This document shows, one piece after another, positions 17,080 to 26,261 of a stretch of DNA of 64,000 nt (position 1 is its first letter; every line of letters starts with the position of its first letter). A program made the translations under genes and the position numbers. The notes below the pieces were generated by a model, which did not search any database, was not told the origin of the DNA, and saw only the letters and a program-made list of their open reading frames with translations. Origin of the DNA: a virus; the IMG/VR virus record IMGVR_UViG_3300012209_000005, positions 51,416 through 115,415 of that record; one strand, written 5' to 3'.

Positions 17080-19935
17080 TTAATCGGAAATAGTTCCCTT
17101 GTACCGAAGAAGAGCGTTGTAGGCAGCTTCCCGCTCCGCAGGATTCTCGCTGGTCCGCCAGGTACGCTCAAGCTGGCGGATCATCATTCCCTGAATGCGC
17201 TCGTGGTGCTCGGCCTGCTTGACGATCCCCGCCGGGGCATTCTTCTGAGCAGGATTACTGAGCGCCAGCCCGGCGAAAGCGGCGGTCGACGGGTCAGGCT
17301 GGTTGGCCAGCGCATCCCAGCGCTGGTCGTTGACCGCGAGCCGCTGCCGGTAATTGTCGATCTCGGTGTTCTGAGCCGCGATTTTCTCCTCGTAGGAAGC
17401 ATTCCGCTCTTCGAGGGCGGTAATCTTCACCTGGAGGGGCTCAAGGATCTCCGACATCATCGTCTTCATGAGGTCGGGAGTCAGTGCGTTAGCCCCCGCC
17501 GCCTTATTGATCTCGGCGGGAGGCTCGGGCATGGCCACCACCGGGGCGGCCGGGGCCGGGGACTCGATGCCGAGCGCCTTGCGGATATCCTCGATGGAGG
17601 TGATGCCCTGCTGGACCTGCTTGTGAAGGTCCATCGCATAGCGCTGGGCGGTCCGCTTCGACAGCTTGGTGCGCGCCTGCGCCTCGGTGATCTCGCCCAG
17701 CCGGACCTTGCGCTCCAGCTTGCGGATGTACTTGTAGACGTCGCTGAGGACCTCGCCGTCGGTAAGGTTCACCTCAGCGGAGCCGTAGGCTGCGCCTTCC
17801 GCAGACTTGCCCACCCCGACGGCGCTGGGGGCACGGGCGCCGGTGCCCTCCTGGCGGTAGGCGTCCTGGTCGAGCATCGGGCAGGAGCTGGGGAACATGT
17901 GGTTCAGGTGGTCGTGGAGCATCGACAGCGCCCGGCGGGCCTTCTCCTTCTCCACCTCCGCGTAGCGGATCGCGATGGGGACGCCCTGCTGCTGCGGGTA
18001 CTCGAAGTCCGCCTTCATGTGGCTGGGGCTCGGGGACTGGTGCCCGGCGCCCAGCGGGGGGCGGCCGAAGCTGTGCGCGTTCGGGCGGGTGTCCGGGACT
18101 TTCGCGGAGCTGTTCGGGGAGCCGTAAGTCCCGTACGCGGAGTGGCCGTCGGTGATCGGCGGGCGGTGGAACTTGCCCGGGCTCATCTCGCCGGGGCTCG
18201 GGAAGGACGAGACCCCGGGGTTGGCGTCCCGGAAGGCCTTGTGCGCCTCGTGCCTATACTGGTTGACCTCCGCCGGGTCCGCCGTCTTCAGCACGGACGC
18301 CGCCTGCCAGGCGTTCTGCGCCTCCATCGCCTCGGTCAGCGACTTGCCGGTGGCGGCGTTCAGCGCCTTGCGCTGCCACAGGTCGGTGTCCAGCAGGGTG
18401 TCCACCCCCGCCAGGGGGAAGATCCGGGCGACATCGGCGGGGTCGTACGCGGGGCAGGTGAAGTCATGGAGCATGCCCATGTCGGTGTCCATGCCGATGG
18501 TCTTGTAGCGCATCAGCACGTCTGTTGCCTGGCCCTTCATGTGGGGCTTGGCAGGAGACTCCATCAGGTCGCCGACCGGGGCCGGGTCCATGTCGGCGGC
18601 CTCCTCCGCGCCGCTCGCCGTCTTCGGGTCGACATGGCACTTGCCGGTGTGCTCGTGCGCCTCCGTGCAGCCGGCGGCCTTGGTGCTGCTGTCGTCGTCC
18701 GCGTCGCCGTCATCACTGCCGGCAGGCTTGTTCAGCCACGGGGGAAGGTTGCCCTTCTTGCCCTTCTTCGGCTTAGGTGCTGCCTTCTCCGAAGACTCCG
18801 CGGACTCGGGCTTCGGGGACTCCTTCGGCTCCTCCTTCAGCGGCTTGCCAGGGGAGGTGTCATCAGCGTCCCCGGGGTCCTTGACCAGCTCGGGAACATC
18901 CGTCTTCTCGGCCTCGGCGACAGGGACGGCAGTCTCCTCGTCAGGGGTTACCGTCTTCTCGTCACTGCTGCTGTCGAGGGGGTTACCCACACCCAGTTCA
19001 CGTGCCCTTCTGGCGATAAGCCGCTTGGCTGCTTCTGCGTTGCCGTGCCCGGAGCGCGCCAGGATCGCGGCCCGGCGCAGCGCGTCGGTATCCGGGATCG
19101 GGTAGGACCCGTCCGGGAGGGCGTTGCCGGCGCTCGCGTGGTGGCGGCGCTGCTCGGCGGAGAACTCCCGGTGGTCCTTGCCGAGAATCTCGTCCTCCGC
19201 CTCGGCGATGGCCTTCGCGGCCAGCTCGTCGTAATGGCGCTTGACGATCTTCTCCTGCATGACGCGCATCAGGTCATCGGGGGTGAAGTCGAGGTTGAAG
19301 TTGTCAGGGACGGAGAACGAGGAAATGTCGTCACTCAGCGCGGTGACATCCTTAATCAGGGTGTCTGCCTTCAGTGCCTTGGCGATTGCCTCTTCCGACC
19401 CGAAAACTTCCCCGGTGTACTCGGCGTGCCCGTCGATGCTCTTCACCAGCTGGAAGCCGCAGGAGGCATTCGCCGGGCGGTCCACCAGGGAAATCTCCAC
19501 GATCTTCCCGGCCTTGATGACGCCGCCGCGCGCCTTCCCGGTCACGTCGCGCTCGATGGTGGGGTTGGCGATGCCCACCGAGTAGGCGCGGAGCACGCCC
19601 TTGGAGACGAGCTTCTTCGCGACAGGCTCCACGATGAGGGACTTCACCCAGGTGGCGCCGTCGCCGTCGGTGCTCGCTTCCATCCCGATGCCGGCCGGGT
19701 CGCGCTGGGGGTTATGCTGGACGCGGACGTTCCCGCCGGTGGCGAGCCATTCCGAGATGGCCTTCGAGCTGAAATCCGGGTGAACGATCTGCTGATCATG
19801 ATCGACAGAGCCGTCTGTGGCGCGCCCGTAGACCATCAGGTCACCGTCAGGAGTGCTCTCTACCTTCTCGATGGCGAACGTTGCGAAGACATCCGCCTTC
19901 AGCAGCTCGCCAGAACTGGTGAGAGTATCTGCCAC
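17080..19935 (-). CDS. prohead protease fused to long scaffolding region
   Basis: VYGRAT..SVDHDQQIV, VRVQH, AYSVG, EISLVDRPAN; acidic linker and C-terminal coiled coil. Confidence 0.85.
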   Translation of the reverse strand: MADTLTSSGELLKADVFATFAIEKVESTPDGDLMVYGRATDGSVDHDQQIVHPDFSSKAISEWLATGGNVRVQHNPQRDPAGIGMEASTDGDGATWVKSLIVEPVAKKLVSKGVLRAYSVGIANPTIERDVTGKARGGVIKAGKIVEISLVDRPANASCGFQLVKSIDGHAEYTGEVFGSEEAIAKALKADTLIKDVTALSDDISSFSVPDNFNLDFTPDDLMRVMQEKIVKRHYDELAAKAIAEAEDEILGKDHREFSAEQRRHHASAGNALPDGSYPIPDTDALRRAAILARSGHGNAEAAKRLIARRARELGVGNPLDSSSDEKTVTPDEETAVPVAEAEKTDVPELVKDPGDADDTSPGKPLKEEPKESPKPESAESSEKAAPKPKKGKKGNLPPWLNKPAGSDDGDADDDSSTKAAGCTEAHEHTGKCHVDPKTASGAEEAADMDPAPVGDLMESPAKPHMKGQATDVLMRYKTIGMDTDMGMLHDFTCPAYDPADVARIFPLAGVDTLLDTDLWQRKALNAATGKSLTEAMEAQNAWQAASVLKTADPAEVNQYRHEAHKAFRDANPGVSSFPSPGEMSPGKFHRPPITDGHSAYGTYGSPNSSAKVPDTRPNAHSFGRPPLGAGHQSPSPSHMKADFEYPQQQGVPIAIRYAEVEKEKARRALSMLHDHLNHMFPSSCPMLDQDAYRQEGTGARAPSAVGVGKSAEGAAYGSAEVNLTDGEVLSDVYKYIRKLERKVRLGEITEAQARTKLSKRTAQRYAMDLHKQVQQGITSIEDIRKALGIESPAPAAPVVAMPEPPAEINKAAGANALTPDLMKTMMSEILEPLQVKITALEERNASYEEKIAAQNTEIDNYRQRLAVNDQRWDALANQPDPSTAAFAGLALSNPAQKNAPAGIVKQAEHHERIQGMMIRQLERTWRTSENPAEREAAYNALLRYKGTISD

Positions 19936-19955
19936 ACGCCTCCATTTTGGTCATG

Positions 19956-20015
19956 AAAAAAGGCACACCGCCGTAAAAAGGCATAGTGCACCTGCTCGTG
20001 ATTATATATAACATC
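19956..20015 (-). promoter_or_regulatory. late promoter (TATAAT at 20001-20006) followed by hairpin and T-run in the leader
   Basis: Minus strand reads TGTTATATATAAT...AGGTGCAC..GTGTGCCTTTTTT before GGAGG RBS. Confidence 0.55.
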
Positions 20016-20416
20016 GGGTCATCATGCAAGAGCCATTCGCGAAGAATGCCGCTGGTGAGCTGCTCCAGGGACCACCCGAAAGGCAGCGATTCCCTTTCCA
20101 CCGCCGCCCCGGGCTGCTCGCCGACAGCTTTCGCGAGGATGCGGTAAGCGTCCCGGCGCATCGACCAGCATTCCGCGGCGAGCTTCTCCTGCGCCTTCGA
20201 CGGCTTGCTCTCCACCGCCTGGAGAAGCTCCAGCTGCTGGACGGTGCCCAGGTAATGGGCACGCATCGAGGGCAGTGAAAGCCAGTCCGCATTCACCACG
20301 TTCCTCCTTTAAGCGGCCGGGCGACCCACTTGCCTTTCAGGTCAAGGACATAGCCCGCGTCGGTGAAAATGATCCCGTGCTTCAGCTGCGGGTTAATTCC
20401 CGCCTTCTCGCAGTGG

Positions 20417-20779
20417 TTAAGCGCCCTTGCCAGGACCATGAGAAGGATTACCGGGTCCTGAATGGCTCTGCTTGAGCTTCTCCCATTCGGCGAGCGCCCT
20501 TTGCGACGCCGCCCGGACTTCGGGGGTGACATGTCCCCTCCCCCAGTGAAGGTTGCCTTTCGCCCACCGCTTGAGGGCGTTGATGGCCGTGGCGATAGCC
20601 TGGGACTCGGGCATGCCATGGTCCCTGATCAGGGCGCGGGCGATATTCTGGACGTACGCGGGAAGCTGCTGCCTCTCCGGGGTGTGCTTATCCGGGGTGT
20701 GCCAGAGGCCCTCGCGGCCGAGGGGGTGATGCTCGGTGCTAACCCGGGGGGTCTCTGCGGACTTGTCCACCTGAGGCAC
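20417..20779 (-). CDS. hypothetical protein
   Basis: Helical ORF LPAYVQNIARAL..G..ESQAIATAI...KRWA...AEWEKLK in head module. Confidence 0.6.
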   Translation of the reverse strand: MPQVDKSAETPRVSTEHHPLGREGLWHTPDKHTPERQQLPAYVQNIARALIRDHGMPESQAIATAINALKRWAKGNLHWGRGHVTPEVRAASQRALAEWEKLKQSHSGPGNPSHGPGKGA

Positions 20780-20937
20780 TTTCCGCCGCCGCGGGCTTTG
20801 TGACTACCGGGGGAGAGGCATTCAGCGCCTCGAAGCACTCTGGGCAGATATTCCCGTCCCGGTACGCTTCCCAGCCCCCGTAGCCCCCGTCCCCGGTCTT
20901 CTCGCACTTAACGCACTGCATATGCTCCTTTGCCGGC

Positions 20938-21231
20938 TCATGTCACCAGGACGTTCGTGGCATTGCCCACGTATGCCGTCGCCGTCCCCGCGGCGGTAAT
21001 CGCGAAAATCGACTCAGACTGCCCGCCCAGCAGGATCGACTCGTTCACCGGCAGCGCCAGGTACTGGGTGGCGGTCGTCGCCATGACAGAGCCGCCCAGG
21101 TAGATGGTCCCCGGTCCCGCGTTCGAGATCACCACATCCCGGGTGTAGTTGGCGGTCGACGCGGTGTACAGCTGGGTAGCGGAACTGGTCACCGTCACCG
21201 GGGTAGCCGCATTCAGCAGCGAGAATCCCAC
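20938..21231 (-). CDS. small beta-rich virion protein (paralog family)
   Basis: RDVVISNAGPGTIYLGG motif; RBS AAGGAG. Confidence 0.6.
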   Translation of the reverse strand: MGFSLLNAATPVTVTSSATQLYTASTANYTRDVVISNAGPGTIYLGGSVMATTATQYLALPVNESILLGGQSESIFAITAAGTATAYVGNATNVLVT

Positions 21232-21243
21232 ATGCTCCTTTTG

Positions 21244-21594
21244 TTACGCGGGGACCTGGATCCCCAGTTCCGCGGCCTTGCCCGGGTCCAGGAAGCGGGT
21301 CTCGAAATGCCCGTCGCCGTACCAGACATCCGCCACGTCCGTGTCCCTGGCCAGCCGCATCTTCACCACGGTGCGGGTGTACGGGTTGACAAGGACGCTC
21401 ACCTGGACGCCGGCCGCCTTGCCGGCGACAGCGTTCTCGTCCAGGTAGATGTCCAGCGTCTCCGTCTGCCGGTACGCCGCGGCGTCCTCGCTCAGCTCGC
21501 GGTAGGAATCCTCGCACAGCCACACCTGGCGGACATCGCCCTTGCGGGCATCCCACTCATCGCGGCAGAGATCCTGGAATGCCTTAAGCTTCAT
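21244..21594 (-). CDS. hypothetical protein
   Basis: ATGA-coupled to portal gene. Confidence 0.6.
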   Translation of the reverse strand: MKLKAFQDLCRDEWDARKGDVRQVWLCEDSYRELSEDAAAYRQTETLDIYLDENAVAGKAAGVQVSVLVNPYTRTVVKMRLARDTDVADVWYGDGHFETRFLDPGKAAELGIQVPA

Positions 21595-24500
21595 CGTGCC
21601 TCCTGTTTCGGGCTCGCGGAATTTTCCGAGACCATCTTGTTTTCCGGGCTGGAACCGGAATGGACCTGGTGGGTGTGAGTCTGCTCAGCTGCCTCCCGGT
21701 CCTTCTCGTCGATGTAACCGACGTACCCGAGAACGTCCTGCCCAAGGTTTTTCCTCGCCAGGGCACGGTGGTGCCCGTCGACAATAAATGCCTTGCTGCT
21801 CGTGGGTTCCTGGACGAGCACCGAGGGGGCGACATGCCCGCTGTGGGCCTTGATCTGGGCCTCGAATTCCTTCGTCTTCTCCGGCTGGTGCGAGGCTGCC
21901 CACTTGTCGATGTCGTCGGTGTCCACCCGGTTCCACGGGATGAAGACGGGGCCCGTCCACCGGGCCCGCCTGATCCAGGCGATAGCCTCCGGCGGGAAGT
22001 TTTTCGCCATCTGCACGTAAACGTGCTCGGCGTCCACCGGGTTCGGGTCATGGTAGTCAGACGGCCCGCCGGCATCAGCGGGGTGACTGGGGAAGCCCTT
22101 CACCTTCTTCGGGGAAGGCAGGTCTACGATAAAGTTTCCCTCGCCCGGGACATCGTGCCCTGTTGCCTCGGCGGGGTCCGCGGGCCGGGGGGCCTCTGGA
22201 TGCCCCGCACCCGGTCTGCCAGCCATTGGAGGGCGCACACCCACAACGGGATGCGGCGCCCCCTTCTTGTTGCCGCCCGGAACAGATTGGGCTCCGACGC
22301 CCGGGTCACCCGTGGTTCCGCCCTGCGGGTACATGCCGTCCGGGTCCCCATCGGGGAGCCGTCGCGCGGGAGTACCCTTACCCGGCCGCTTCTTAGGATA
22401 ATCCTCGTCATCAGAGCCTCTCGGGTAGATGCGCGCTTCCTCTTCATCCGACCTGTCATCGCCGACTGGCCAGTGCGGGGGCTCGGTCGCGCCCATCTCG
22501 CCATCTGCCTGGCCGCCGCCCGGGGGCTTATTCGACGGGTAGCCATTCGATGCCGCCGGGCTCGGGTACGGCCACCGGGAACCGCCGCCGGCCGCGGAAT
22601 TGTCATCGGCCCGCAGCCATTCCCCGTTCTCGGTGCGGATATTCTGGAGCTTGGCGATGTCCTTGAAGTCAATGGCATCCCACTGCTCCCGGAACGGGGG
22701 GTGCAGCTTCAGCTTGCCCACTTCCTTGTACGTGAACCAGCCGGTGCCCATCGTCTCGTCGGGGGTCTTCCCGTTCATCTTCACGGGGAACACCCGGCCG
22801 GCCTCGCACACGTAGATGAAGCAGCTCCTATCCTCGTCGTAGCGCTCGTGGGCGACCTTCGGGGTCACCGGGGGGATATCCCCGATTTCCTCGGTAGTCT
22901 CCCGGACCGCGGCGTCGAAAGACGGCTCCCCCATGTGGGCCATGCCCCCCGGCAGGCCCCACGTGTTATCGGTACGCTTCTGCAGCAGGTACCGGGTCCT
23001 CCCGTCCGCGTCCTGTCCGGTGATCATCAGGAAGCACACCCGGGACGGGTCTTCCTGCTTCCTGATATGCGCCTGCGGGGGCTCGGCGGTCACCCCGGCG
23101 GGGGCGGACACGCACCGGCACTGGACGTGCAGGGGGGCGTCGCCCCCGGCATAGATGGCATCGAGGGGGATGACGCCGGCGGCTGCCGCGCCCTTGCACG
23201 CCGCGCAGGTGCGCTCATCCGGCGCGAGCAGCAGGTGCTTATGGGTCACCCCGCGGTCCCTGTACGCCTGCAGCACGCCCGCGTTCATGGCGCGGGCCAC
23301 CTCGGTGCGGGCGATCACCTCGCTGCGGGCATTGCTGTTGCCCAGCCCGGTGCGGGAGATCTGGTCCACCCAGTGCCGGGTCTCCTTGGTCACCCACGCT
23401 TCACGGTTGTAGTCGTCGTGCGCAGAGGTGAAGTCGGCCTTCCCGCCGCTGGCGAGCGCGGCGCCGCCCTCGTACCCCAGGTCCCACGCCTTCTCGTACA
23501 GCGGGGTGAGCACCGGAGTGAACACGCTGGCGATCGAGTCGGAGATCATCGAGTTGAGCACGCCGACGGTCACGTACTCCCCGGCCGCCTGCTTCTGGCG
23601 GATCTCCCGGCCCTGGGCCTCGGCGTCGGCGAACGCGGAGGAGATCTCCTCCTTGTACCTCCCCACCAGGCCCAGGTCGTGCTCCCACCCGGGGAACTGC
23701 TGCTCCGCAGGGGCCTCGCCCCCGGTGATATAGCGCTTCTCCCCGTCCTGCGGGGGAGGTTCCCCGCCGTAGGTGTCCTTGATGTACTCCAGCCCAGCCG
23801 AGACCTGCACCTTGCCGATCTCGCGGCCCACCGCGACGTCCACGCCCGTGCCCGCGTCCAGGTCCTCGGCGATCCTCGCCAGGGTGATCGTGTCGATGTG
23901 GCGGGGCTGCCAGGACCAGATGACATCACGGTCCTTGCGCAGGAAGCGCTTCAGGCTCTCCAGCTCGGACAGGGCCGCCTTGTTGCGGGCCCGCCCCTGG
24001 GTGGGGGTGCGCCCCTCGCCGCGCTTGCGGGAGCCTGCTTGCGGGCTGCGGCCGGCGCTGCCCCCGGTCTTCCCCCGCTGGGGACGCTGCAGCGCGCCCG
24101 CCGCCGCCGCGTGCGCGGGGGTGCTCGGGCTGGCGCGCGGCGGGGACTTGGGCGCCGGGTGGCTCCCGTTCGGCTTCGTGGTGCCGCCGCTGGAGCGCGC
24201 CTTCGGCTTCTTCGGCGAGGAGGAAGGCGACTTCTTCTTGCCGCCGGAGGATGAAGAGCTGCTGCTGCCCTGCTGTCCCTGCATCGCCATTATCATCAGC
24301 TTCTCGGCGTCGGAGAACGGGACCGGGCCCTGCTGGGTCATGACGATAGGCTCGGAGGTCTCCTTCATCCCCCACGGGGGCAGGTCCAGGCGCTCGCGGA
24401 TCTCGTCGACCGAGGAAATCCCGTTCTGCAGCTGGTCCACGCCCAGCTGGGTGATCGCCTGCTTATCCTCGTCGTCGGTCATGCCCTCGAACTGGAATTG

Positions 24501-25916
24501 CGTGTCCGGGCAGTCGCAGATGACCTGGATGACATGGTTGAAGATATCCTGGATGAAGCTCAGCAGGGGCTTGGTGGACGTGCGCGACTTGATGTTCCGC
24601 GTCTCCTGGCCCATGAACCGTATCCCCGACGCGGACGGGCCCTGCTGGGTGCCGCCCACGTTGGGGATGATGCCCAGCTCGATCGGCTGGATGTCGAAGG
24701 CCATCACTACCTGGTTCATCACCAGGTAGTCGAAAGAATCGCTCAGGTCCACCGGGCGCTGCGGGTCCACCTTGCTCCCCGGGGGCAGGACGATGACCTT
24801 CAGGTGGTAGGCCGGGTCGCCCGCCAGGGCATTCAGCGCGTTCTGGAGTTCCCCCACCTGCGTCGGCGTGATGTTATTGTCGCCAGGCGAGATATATACG
24901 GCCGGAACCGTGCCCTCAGTGAAGTAATCAAGCTGGAACTCCTGCTTCTGAAGTCCCGAGATGATCGGCAGAAGCGCTCTTTCAATCGGGGGGAATCCAT
25001 ACGGGGTCTCCCGTCGTGGCCAGTAAGGGGCGTAGAGCATGGTGTCGGCGCTGAACTGGTTGACCTGGGCGCCCTCAAGCCCCGCCTCCTCGATGTCAGT
25101 ACCCATCGCGATCGTCATGTAATCGCTGCGGGGCACCCCGTACAGGTACTGCTGGTACGCGGGGGCGGGAGGGGCCGGCTTGCCCCCGAAAACATCGATC
25201 AGGGGCCGCACGGTCGGTCCGGCTATCAAGCGGATGCTATCCAGGTTGCTGCCCAGGAGCCCCCGGCCGCCCATTCCCATCCGCGCGCCGTATTTCGGCC
25301 GGAAAATGATGCTCAGGGCGTCGAAGACGAAGATTTCCTCCAGCAGCGCGGCCAGGAAGGAGTCGAAATTCCAGAAATCCGGGTCAGGGCGGCGGAAAAA
25401 GCGGGTGAGCTGCTTCTTGCGCTCCCCGAAGTCCCGCATCGCGCCCTGGTCTTTCTGGTAGACCTTCGCGGCGTCGGTGGTGAGCGCGATATTCCAGTCC
25501 AGGCCCCGGATCTCCTCGATCCGCAGCTCGATGGCAGCCCGCGCCACAGAGTATTTTTCGGCGAGGACGCGGAGATTCTCGAAAGAGCTGAGCTTCAGCC
25601 CCTCCGTGCCCGGGGGGGTGGGCAGGTTCCAGCTGGGACGAGGCTCCCAGTACCGGGGGCCCGGGTACTGCCCGCCGAACGGGGGGTTGTTGACGGGGGT
25701 CGGCTGGATGGGCGCGGCGGGGGCGAACGCGCCGTCGGTGAAAACCTCGGCGGGACGGTCCAGGAAAGGACCGTAAGCAGCGTTATAGGAACCGCCCGCC
25801 ATCGCGTTTGCCATGGCGGGGCTGATCCTGCCCATGCCCGCGGCATTCGCCGGGGAGTAACGCCCCCCGGCCGGCAGGGCTTTCACGGCTGCCACGATCG
25901 CACCCGGACGCGCCAT
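21591..25916 (-). CDS. portal protein fused to MuF-like, Nudix hydrolase and ParB/Srx-like domains
   Basis: Portal (PYGFPPIE, YFTEGTVP, DEIRERLDLPP); MuF (RTEVARAMN, DERTCAAC, PLHVQCRC); exact Nudix box GMAHMGEPSFDAAVRETTEEIG; FIVDGHHR. Confidence 0.85.
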   Translation of the reverse strand: MARPGAIVAAVKALPAGGRYSPANAAGMGRISPAMANAMAGGSYNAAYGPFLDRPAEVFTDGAFAPAAPIQPTPVNNPPFGGQYPGPRYWEPRPSWNLPTPPGTEGLKLSSFENLRVLAEKYSVARAAIELRIEEIRGLDWNIALTTDAAKVYQKDQGAMRDFGERKKQLTRFFRRPDPDFWNFDSFLAALLEEIFVFDALSIIFRPKYGARMGMGGRGLLGSNLDSIRLIAGPTVRPLIDVFGGKPAPPAPAYQQYLYGVPRSDYMTIAMGTDIEEAGLEGAQVNQFSADTMLYAPYWPRRETPYGFPPIERALLPIISGLQKQEFQLDYFTEGTVPAVYISPGDNNITPTQVGELQNALNALAGDPAYHLKVIVLPPGSKVDPQRPVDLSDSFDYLVMNQVVMAFDIQPIELGIIPNVGGTQQGPSASGIRFMGQETRNIKSRTSTKPLLSFIQDIFNHVIQVICDCPDTQFQFEGMTDDEDKQAITQLGVDQLQNGISSVDEIRERLDLPPWGMKETSEPIVMTQQGPVPFSDAEKLMIMAMQGQQGSSSSSSSGGKKKSPSSSPKKPKARSSGGTTKPNGSHPAPKSPPRASPSTPAHAAAAGALQRPQRGKTGGSAGRSPQAGSRKRGEGRTPTQGRARNKAALSELESLKRFLRKDRDVIWSWQPRHIDTITLARIAEDLDAGTGVDVAVGREIGKVQVSAGLEYIKDTYGGEPPPQDGEKRYITGGEAPAEQQFPGWEHDLGLVGRYKEEISSAFADAEAQGREIRQKQAAGEYVTVGVLNSMISDSIASVFTPVLTPLYEKAWDLGYEGGAALASGGKADFTSAHDDYNREAWVTKETRHWVDQISRTGLGNSNARSEVIARTEVARAMNAGVLQAYRDRGVTHKHLLLAPDERTCAACKGAAAAGVIPLDAIYAGGDAPLHVQCRCVSAPAGVTAEPPQAHIRKQEDPSRVCFLMITGQDADGRTRYLLQKRTDNTWGLPGGMAHMGEPSFDAAVRETTEEIGDIPPVTPKVAHERYDEDRSCFIYVCEAGRVFPVKMNGKTPDETMGTGWFTYKEVGKLKLHPPFREQWDAIDFKDIAKLQNIRTENGEWLRADDNSAAGGGSRWPYPSPAASNGYPSNKPPGGGQADGEMGATEPPHWPVGDDRSDEEEARIYPRGSDDEDYPKKRPGKGTPARRLPDGDPDGMYPQGGTTGDPGVGAQSVPGGNKKGAPHPVVGVRPPMAGRPGAGHPEAPRPADPAEATGHDVPGEGNFIVDLPSPKKVKGFPSHPADAGGPSDYHDPNPVDAEHVYVQMAKNFPPEAIAWIRRARWTGPVFIPWNRVDTDDIDKWAASHQPEKTKEFEAQIKAHSGHVAPSVLVQEPTSSKAFIVDGHHRALARKNLGQDVLGYVGYIDEKDREAAEQTHTHQVHSGSSPENKMVSENSASPKQEAR

Positions 25917-25922
25917 AATGTC

Positions 25923-26261
25923 CTAACTGATCGTGAGCTGCCCGACGATATCCGCCGGGATCTCCGGGCTGTCGGTGATCTTCAGCCAGATGGTGTAGGT
26001 CCCCGGGATCAGGGCGATAGCCCCCCCGGGGCCCACCAGGCATTTCGCCCGGTACGGGTAGATGGGGTCGACCGCGCTGTAGTTATCCCACGAGCTGGCC
26101 TGCCAGTCCGAGGACTGCGGGACCTGGGTGGGGGTGGGCATGAAAGCCATCTGCACAGTGCCGGCGGTCGGGTTATAGGAGACGCCCAGCTTCTCGGCAG
26201 CCACGGGGATCAGGACATACTTCAGCGCCAGCCGGGTCTGGCTGATTACCGAAAGTCCCAT
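25923..26261 (-). CDS. hypothetical virion protein
   Basis: CLVGP..GTYTIWLKITDSPEIP motif; coupled gene order. Confidence 0.55.
   Translation of the reverse strand: MGLSVISQTRLALKYVLIPVAAEKLGVSYNPTAGTVQMAFMPTPTQVPQSSDWQASSWDNYSAVDPIYPYRAKCLVGPGGAIALIPGTYTIWLKITDSPEIPADIVGQLTIS

Noticed and set aside
14974-19956. 1660-aa plus-strand ORF and similar long antisense ORFs (2216-4024, 21660-24254, 26385-29573, 32484-34361)
   Set aside because: Shadow frames of high-GC3 genes on the opposite strand, with no motifs
19847-20299. 150-aa minus-strand ORF upstream of the protease
   Set aside because: May be real in its 5' part but overlaps the late promoter, leader and protease start; not enough support to call
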